In this document: positions 7,130-11,587 of the stretch, piece by piece
Layout of the letters: each line of letters starts with the position of its first letter
Numbering within the stretch: the stretch's first letter is position 1
Source: Candidatus Thorarchaeota archaeon
GTDB taxonomy: Archaea > Asgardarchaeota > Thorarchaeia > Thorarchaeales > Thorarchaeaceae
DNA length: 11,587 bases
Reading direction: 5' to 3'
Assembly (NCBI GenBank): GCA_016840855.1
Contig: JAEORO010000238.1
Coordinates: 1 to 11,587 of the forward strand
The notes under the pieces: model-generated
Told to the model about the DNA's origin: nothing
The model's input: the letters and a program-made list of their open reading frames with translations, nothing else
The model's database searches: none
Position numbers and translations under genes: made by a program

Positions 7130-8644
7130 TCAAAGTTCCATGTCAACATAGCTTACAGTCCCTTTGCTAGATCGATAGATAATTCCTTGTTTTTCAAGCT
7201 CCTCCATTGCTTTCTCAAACTCCTCGCCACTCATCCCTACCTCTTCAGCTCTTGTCAATAGGTCATTTACTGGTACATCCTTTCCTGTGGTTTCCGAGAT
7301 TCTTTGTAATAATAATAGAAACTTGCTTGTGGGAGGTATTGTGGAATCAAGAGGTATATCTAGAAGCTTAACCACAGGTTTTTCCTCAGGTTCCTCTCTA
7401 GATTTCTTCTGTGCCCCCAAAAGAGCACTCAGTAGCATTGATTTTTCCTTCTCTTCTAAGATTGTTTCTTCTCCTGATGATGAAGGTGCTGTAAAATCTG
7501 AGAGGGAAACACCAACAGGTTCAGGTTCATCGAGCTTATCGATTTCCATGGAATCACTTTCCGAGGATACCATTTTCATTATCTCATCCATTGGATCAAC
7601 TTTCTCTAATTTGATTCCCAACCATTCGCTGTCGAGATCCTTATTATTTTGAGCCGATTTGAGAAGCTGAGCTCTAAATTGTTTCTCAAGTTTCTGTCTT
7701 TGTTCTGTAAGAGTTGAATCTTGACACTTTATTGAACCGAGGAGAAGTAGGGTTCTCTCTGCTTGTCCTCTAACCCTTGTGTGGGTTTCCTTTACTAGAA
7801 AATTAAGTATCTTAGAAAGCGCAGTGAATTTCGAATTTTGAATATTAAGATTTTCGAGAAGAGCCTGCTTTACTTGCCAGTTCGAATCACCAACTAACTC
7901 CATTATGAAACCTGAAGAAGTTTTAATTCCCGCTGCTGATATTGCTGAAACAATTTCAACTCTTTCCTGCCATGTACTGCCTTTTAGGAATGTAGAGAGA
8001 TGACCATAGGTAGTCTGATCTACAATTCCGCAAATGTAAGGTAGCATGTCCCTTCTTTTTTTAGATGCAATATCCACCAGAAGTTTAACCAACTTATTTC
8101 TTGTCTTCTCAGGAAATCCTCTAAGAGGCGGAACGGCACCAAGAGATATGTTGTCAATGTTCTCGCGAATTTGTTTAACAACCCATTTACGACCTGGCTC
8201 ACCCAAGAATCTCATCAGACCAAAGACTGTTGGTTGATGACCTTTACCAAGATTCTCTAAAGCACCTATCCAATTTTTCTGTTCAATTACTGACTCAGGT
8301 CCTCCTGTCTGAGAGAACATCTCATGAATACCTTGAAGTACCTGTTCCCTCTCTACAGGATTCAAGACATTCAAGTATGTAAAAAGTTCTGCTATGTACT
8401 GTCCGAATACATTTTTGCCTGCTACTGTGAATGCAGCTTGTTTGACATTTTGGTCAGAAGCATTTAGTATTTCCATTGCTTTTGGCAGAAGAGATCTAAT
8501 CGTCCTATATGATGCAAGTCTTCCAATGGCATCATACATAGTGCCTAAATTAGGCGAGTCTATATCATATGCAATTTTCTTGAGTTCTATTAGTGCCTTC
8601 AGTTCTAACGCTTGGTAGTCAAGGGAGTTCTTTTTTTTACTCAC
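7130..8644 (-). CDS. HEAT-repeat protein with acidic linker and C-terminal winged-helix domain (MCM/RPA32 C-terminal-like)
   Basis: HEAT-like units include 'LNASDQNVKQAAF', 'LKGSTWQERVEIVSAI', 'LVGDSNWQVKQALLENL' and 'LVKETHTRVRGQAERTL'. The last ~65 aa are 'KDVPVNDLLTRAEEVGMSGEEFEKAMEELEKQGIIYRSSKGTVSYV'. The GTG start overlaps the upstream TGA (GTGA), with GGAGG 11 nt upstream. Confidence 0.72.
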   Translation of the reverse strand: MSKKKNSLDYQALELKALIELKKIAYDIDSPNLGTMYDAIGRLASYRTIRSLLPKAMEILNASDQNVKQAAFTVAGKNVFGQYIAELFTYLNVLNPVEREQVLQGIHEMFSQTGGPESVIEQKNWIGALENLGKGHQPTVFGLMRFLGEPGRKWVVKQIRENIDNISLGAVPPLRGFPEKTRNKLVKLLVDIASKKRRDMLPYICGIVDQTTYGHLSTFLKGSTWQERVEIVSAISAAGIKTSSGFIMELVGDSNWQVKQALLENLNIQNSKFTALSKILNFLVKETHTRVRGQAERTLLLLGSIKCQDSTLTEQRQKLEKQFRAQLLKSAQNNKDLDSEWLGIKLEKVDPMDEIMKMVSSESDSMEIDKLDEPEPVGVSLSDFTAPSSSGEETILEEKEKSMLLSALLGAQKKSREEPEEKPVVKLLDIPLDSTIPPTSKFLLLLQRISETTGKDVPVNDLLTRAEEVGMSGEEFEKAMEELEKQGIIYRSSKGTVSYVDMEL

Positions 8645-9540
8645 TTTTTCTTGGCCCTCCCTTTCTTTTGCGTGGAAGATTTTTTCGATTTCTTTTTGGA
8701 ACGTGCTGGTTTTTCCTCAATAAAATCTGTCAATGGTGGTTGAGTGATTTTTTCTCTGGTCTTCCTTTCAGGAGCATCCTTTCGATCATCTATGTCATCT
8801 ATAGGAGTACCATTCAAAGTAATCTGTTCTGTTGGTACTGGTTCTGGAATTAATGAACTCATATCTATCTCGAGTTCGACCAAAAAGTGGTCATACGCCT
8901 CAAGAATTGACGGGATTCGTGGATCACCTTTTTCCAATTGAGTTTCCATAACCATCTGCTCTTTGAGAAATTTGCTTCCAAGCTTGGTCCTCTCTAAAGC
9001 TCTCAAATCAAGAATCTCTTTCTTCTTGGACCTTTTCTTCATCTTTGGTTTTGCTCTTCTGAAGCTTTCAAGTTCAGCATCTTCAATCTCAGATACGAGG
9101 AATCCCATTCCCTCCCGTTTAAGACCTGATGGTATCAAATAGCGGGTTTCCCTTTTTTTCACTAATTCCGTTATAGCTTCTATGCAACGGTCTCTAACTT
9201 TTCTGCGTCCCTCTTTCCAATCAGCTTCGTTTGTGAAAATCATTACAAGTTCATCAGTAGTAATATCCAATGCGATGCTTAACGATAAAACATCAAATGC
9301 TCCAAAGATAGCATCACGCAGCAGCATTAACGTATCAGTTGCATTCTTCCCAGGATATTCTTTATCCCAATACTTCTCAATCTCTCCGTAGATAGTATGC
9401 CAAGGATGTGTCTTCCTGTCTGAATAATAGCCCTTGATTGAATCAACAACTGCATTGATATCTCCGCGTCTGCTTAACTCACATATCTTGTGTACATAAG
9501 CAAGATGCTTTGGTTTTGCAGCGGCTTGTTTCCTACTCAG
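8641..9540 (-). CDS. Hypothetical protein (~299 aa if CTG-initiated) with PIP-box-like motif and Lys-rich C-terminal tail
   Basis: The ORF track gives 8641..9327, but the frame stays open upstream to a TGA at 9559-9561. This adds SRKQAAAKPKHLAYVHKICELSRRGDINAVVDSIKGYYSDRKTHPWHTIYGEIEKYWDKEYPGKNATDTL. TTGGAGG (9556-9550) lies 9 nt before CTG 9540. The C-terminus reads QPPLTDFI then KPARSKKKSKKSSTQKKGRAKKK. Confidence 0.7.
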   Translation of the reverse strand: MSRKQAAAKPKHLAYVHKICELSRRGDINAVVDSIKGYYSDRKTHPWHTIYGEIEKYWDKEYPGKNATDTLMLLRDAIFGAFDVLSLSIALDITTDELVMIFTNEADWKEGRRKVRDRCIEAITELVKKRETRYLIPSGLKREGMGFLVSEIEDAELESFRRAKPKMKKRSKKKEILDLRALERTKLGSKFLKEQMVMETQLEKGDPRIPSILEAYDHFLVELEIDMSSLIPEPVPTEQITLNGTPIDDIDDRKDAPERKTREKITQPPLTDFIEEKPARSKKKSKKSSTQKKGRAKKK

Positions 9541-9549
9541 GGCATTCAG

Positions 9550-9556
9550 CCTCCAA
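9550..9556 (-). promoter_or_regulatory. Shine-Dalgarno site in front of the proposed CTG start at 9540
   Basis: The minus strand reads TTGGAGG-CTGAATGCC-CTG. The motif and spacing are identical to the site at 7072-7078. Confidence 0.6.
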
Positions 9557-9611
9557 ACTCATTTATTGGAATTCTAGAGGGCTATTTCCCTTTTGTGTTG
9601 TTGTATTGCTA

Positions 9612-9656
9612 GATAAAAATAAGTAGATGGGTCGCTGTCTTATGACAGCTTCCCAT
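9612..9656 (-). terminator. Stem-loop plus U-rich tract downstream of the surface-protein gene (putative terminator or 3'-UTR structure)
   Basis: The minus strand reads ATGGG-AA-GCTGTC-ATAA-GACAGC-GA-CCCAT (9656-9627), beginning 8 nt after the stop, followed by CTACTTATTTTTATC. Confidence 0.55.
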
Positions 9657-9664
9657 TATTTTGG

Positions 9665-11587
9665 TTATTCTTTCTTCCCGCGTTTCATGAAAACGATTAC
9701 GATAATCACTACAGCTGCTGCTGCACCGCCAATAATGAATAGCAGTGTTGGATCGAATGGTAGACCTGGACCTGGTTCAATATACTCAGTGACATTGAGC
9801 ATCACCAAATCCGATATACTGTAGCCCAACCTATCGAAGACAGTGAGCTGATACTCGGTGATTGATACATTGACACCATCGACATTGAATATCAATGGTC
9901 CTCCAGTCCATCTGCCACTTTCAACAGGTGTTCCGTTCACTTTGAAGACATAACTCCATGGACCTGCATCAGCTATTGGTGTCCATGTGATCTCGTTACC
10001 AGTTTCTGTCTCCATGTAACTAACATCAGCTGGATGATCAATTGTTGGTCTATCATAGTAAAGATAGGCAATCTCGTTTACAAACAATTCAAAGCTGTCA
10101 GCATATGTGGAGTCATCAGTGTCCTGATTGTACTCCGATATACTGAACATATTGCAGATTGCTCTGCCATTTGCTCCAAGAACAATAGCGGACATATTCT
10201 CTTCAGGGGCTGCTGTTATCCCAGCTATAGATGTTGCATTGTCATAGAGTGTTACGTGCGTGAAATCTGTTCCAAAGTAATTGTTTGTAGAGTTGATTAT
10301 ACTCTCCCCATAGTCTGCTGGTAGGTTGAATATTGGGTGTCCACTGTCCCACAGATACACAGTAGGTGGACCTGTAGTGATATATGTTGTATTGCTTTCG
10401 AAACCAAGATAGTGCCAAAGAGGATGTCCCGTATTCCGAAATTGCCAATCTCGCATAATCAGTTTTCCACCACTTTCTAAATGGTCTAACAGGTACTGTT
10501 CATTCTGAACTACTGCTGTATAGTAATTCGAATCTGAAATAACAAGAGCCCACAGCTGAGCATTGAGACTAAGGTTGAGGTAGTCAATATCGTTAGTCAT
10601 GTAGAATGAAATCCCAAGATTATTCAGAGCCTCAACAAGTTCTGAATGGTAGTAGTTATAATTAGGTTGGGTTGATGGATTGACATCTGTATAGACCAAT
10701 ACATCAGCTGATGCTGCAGATAACCAGTTTGCAAAATTGATTAATGCCTGTGCATTATCTGCATATTCAATTCGACCATCTCTCAAGATCGCGCCATCTG
10801 CAAGGACGATAATTCTACCGTTTCCATGCATATCTCCACCGATGACTGGTATGCCTGAAGCATCTTCCCAAATCGGAAATGCTGACCCAGAAAGGGACAC
10901 AGAACCAGGAGCCAAACAGGACATTGTAGAACATCCTTCATGAGTCGGATGATTACCAGAAGGAACTAAGCTATTGGTCCCATCTTGTGTAAGATTAAGG
11001 GCGATATCCATGTTGGATAAGAGATAGTTCATATTCTGATTTCTTGTATCGTCATGGTCTGGAATGGCTAGTAATGACCCACCAGAATTGACCCAACTAG
11101 TGAAATCGGTTACTTCTTGTGCTGTGAAGTTTAACCCCGGATCTATTATGATGATAATATCATATGTATCTAGGTTTAAAGATGTCAGATTGCCGCTTGA
11201 CGATGGATAGAGCTTGTCGACAGTGTATGTATGATTAACTAAGAAGTTTCTCATACTTGTGTGAAGTGTGGGTTGGTAAACGTAAATGCTATCCCATGAA
11301 TCTATTCCGTAATAGGGGTAGTGAGTCAAATCAAACAGAATTCTTCCCTTTGGTTGTGCAGTAAGCCAATCGATTGAATCAGGAATTATGGAGTTCATCC
11401 ATGTTGGAATTATACTACAGTTCCCAAGTAATTGAACTATACGACCTCCAATCCTCTGCGTGTTGTCAAGAGCAAATCCGACACCATTAATGGGACTTAC
11501 TGTTTCATATAGAAGATTTATGTAATCCGGACCATTCTGCCCCGAAAAATAAACATTGTCGAAAATTGTTGAATTCTCGCTGAATGA
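9665..11587 (-). CDS. Large cell-surface (glyco)protein: GIFT/DUF4350-like class I glutamine-amidotransferase-fold domains, Ig-like domain and C-terminal membrane anchor; 5'-truncated by the window edge
   Basis: The frame is open from 11587 through the ATG at 11398. GldG/IFT52-like pattern: 'RILFDLTH', 'YDIIIIIDPGLNFTAQEV..F..WV.SGGSLL', 'GNGRIIVLADG..L...I..ADN...LINFANWL'. Beta-rich module: 'PTIDHPADVSY...GNEITW...YQLTVFDRLG..ISD.V.LNV'. Anchor: 'LLFIIGGAAAAVVIIVIVFM' followed by KRGKKE. About a dozen N-x-S/T sequons. Confidence 0.78.
   Translation of the reverse strand, partial: SFSENSTIFDNVYFSGQNGPDYINLLYETVSPINGVGFALDNTQRIGGRIVQLLGNCSIIPTWMNSIIPDSIDWLTAQPKGRILFDLTHYPYYGIDSWDSIYVYQPTLHTSMRNFLVNHTYTVDKLYPSSSGNLTSLNLDTYDIIIIIDPGLNFTAQEVTDFTSWVNSGGSLLAIPDHDDTRNQNMNYLLSNMDIALNLTQDGTNSLVPSGNHPTHEGCSTMSCLAPGSVSLSGSAFPIWEDASGIPVIGGDMHGNGRIIVLADGAILRDGRIEYADNAQALINFANWLSAASADVLVYTDVNPSTQPNYNYYHSELVEALNNLGISFYMTNDIDYLNLSLNAQLWALVISDSNYYTAVVQNEQYLLDHLESGGKLIMRDWQFRNTGHPLWHYLGFESNTTYITTGPPTVYLWDSGHPIFNLPADYGESIINSTNNYFGTDFTHVTLYDNATSIAGITAAPEENMSAIVLGANGRAICNMFSISEYNQDTDDSTYADSFELFVNEIAYLYYDRPTIDHPADVSYMETETGNEITWTPIADAGPWSYVFKVNGTPVESGRWTGGPLIFNVDGVNVSITEYQLTVFDRLGYSISDLVMLNVTEYIEPGPGLPFDPTLLFIIGGAAAAVVIIVIVFMKRGKKE

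Noticed and set aside
7287-9391. Plus-strand and alternative-frame ORFs over the HEAT and hypothetical genes (7287..7652, 8020..8202, 8046..8237, 8394..8618, 8593..8853, 8744..8941, 9182..9391)
   Set aside because: Their Ser/Phe-rich composition is what the reverse complement of Glu/Lys-rich coding sequence produces. The Phe-rich 8593..8853 ORF mirrors the poly-Lys tail. The minus-strand 8020..8202 ORF is an alternative frame inside the HEAT gene with no motifs.
9474-9545. ATG-CCC-TGA read as a selenopeptide (MPUVGNKP...)
   Set aside because: Read-through gives only a ~23-aa peptide overlapping the better-supported frame, with no redox motif.
9627-10943. ORFs 9627..9824, 10034..10324, 10242..10448 and 10737..10943
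   Set aside because: They are shadows within the surface-protein gene.
1-11587. CRISPR arrays, tRNA/rRNA genes, transposases or defence systems
   Set aside because: I saw no regularly spaced repeats, cloverleaf-like sequence, or transposase/nuclease motifs. All intergenic gaps are under about 125 nt.

Overview
This is a gene-dense, AT-leaning archaeal window with 10 protein-coding genes; the first and last run off the window edges. It is most likely from an Asgard archaeon, probably Thorarchaeia-like. That is an inference from a stand-alone gelsolin domain, a HEAT-repeat protein and a large C-terminally anchored GIFT/Ig-like surface glycoprotein. Gene order: VWA (MIDAS) protein (+), FMN split-barrel/PNPOx-like protein (-), single-domain gelsolin (+), winged-HTH (+), DDAH-type amidinotransferase (+), amidohydrolase_2 (-), SsnA-like amidohydrolase (-), HEAT + C-terminal winged-helix protein (-), hypothetical protein with Lys-rich tail (-), surface protein (-). 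The most notable feature is a translationally coupled gene pair. It combines a putative PCNA-binding PIP box with a HEAT solenoid ending in an MCM/RPA32-like winged helix, and may be an undescribed replisome or repair module. Also of note are a second PIP-like motif on the small wHTH protein and evidence for CTG start codons that the ORF track missed. I saw no rRNA, tRNA, CRISPR array or transposase. All family calls come from motif recognition by eye, not from database searches.
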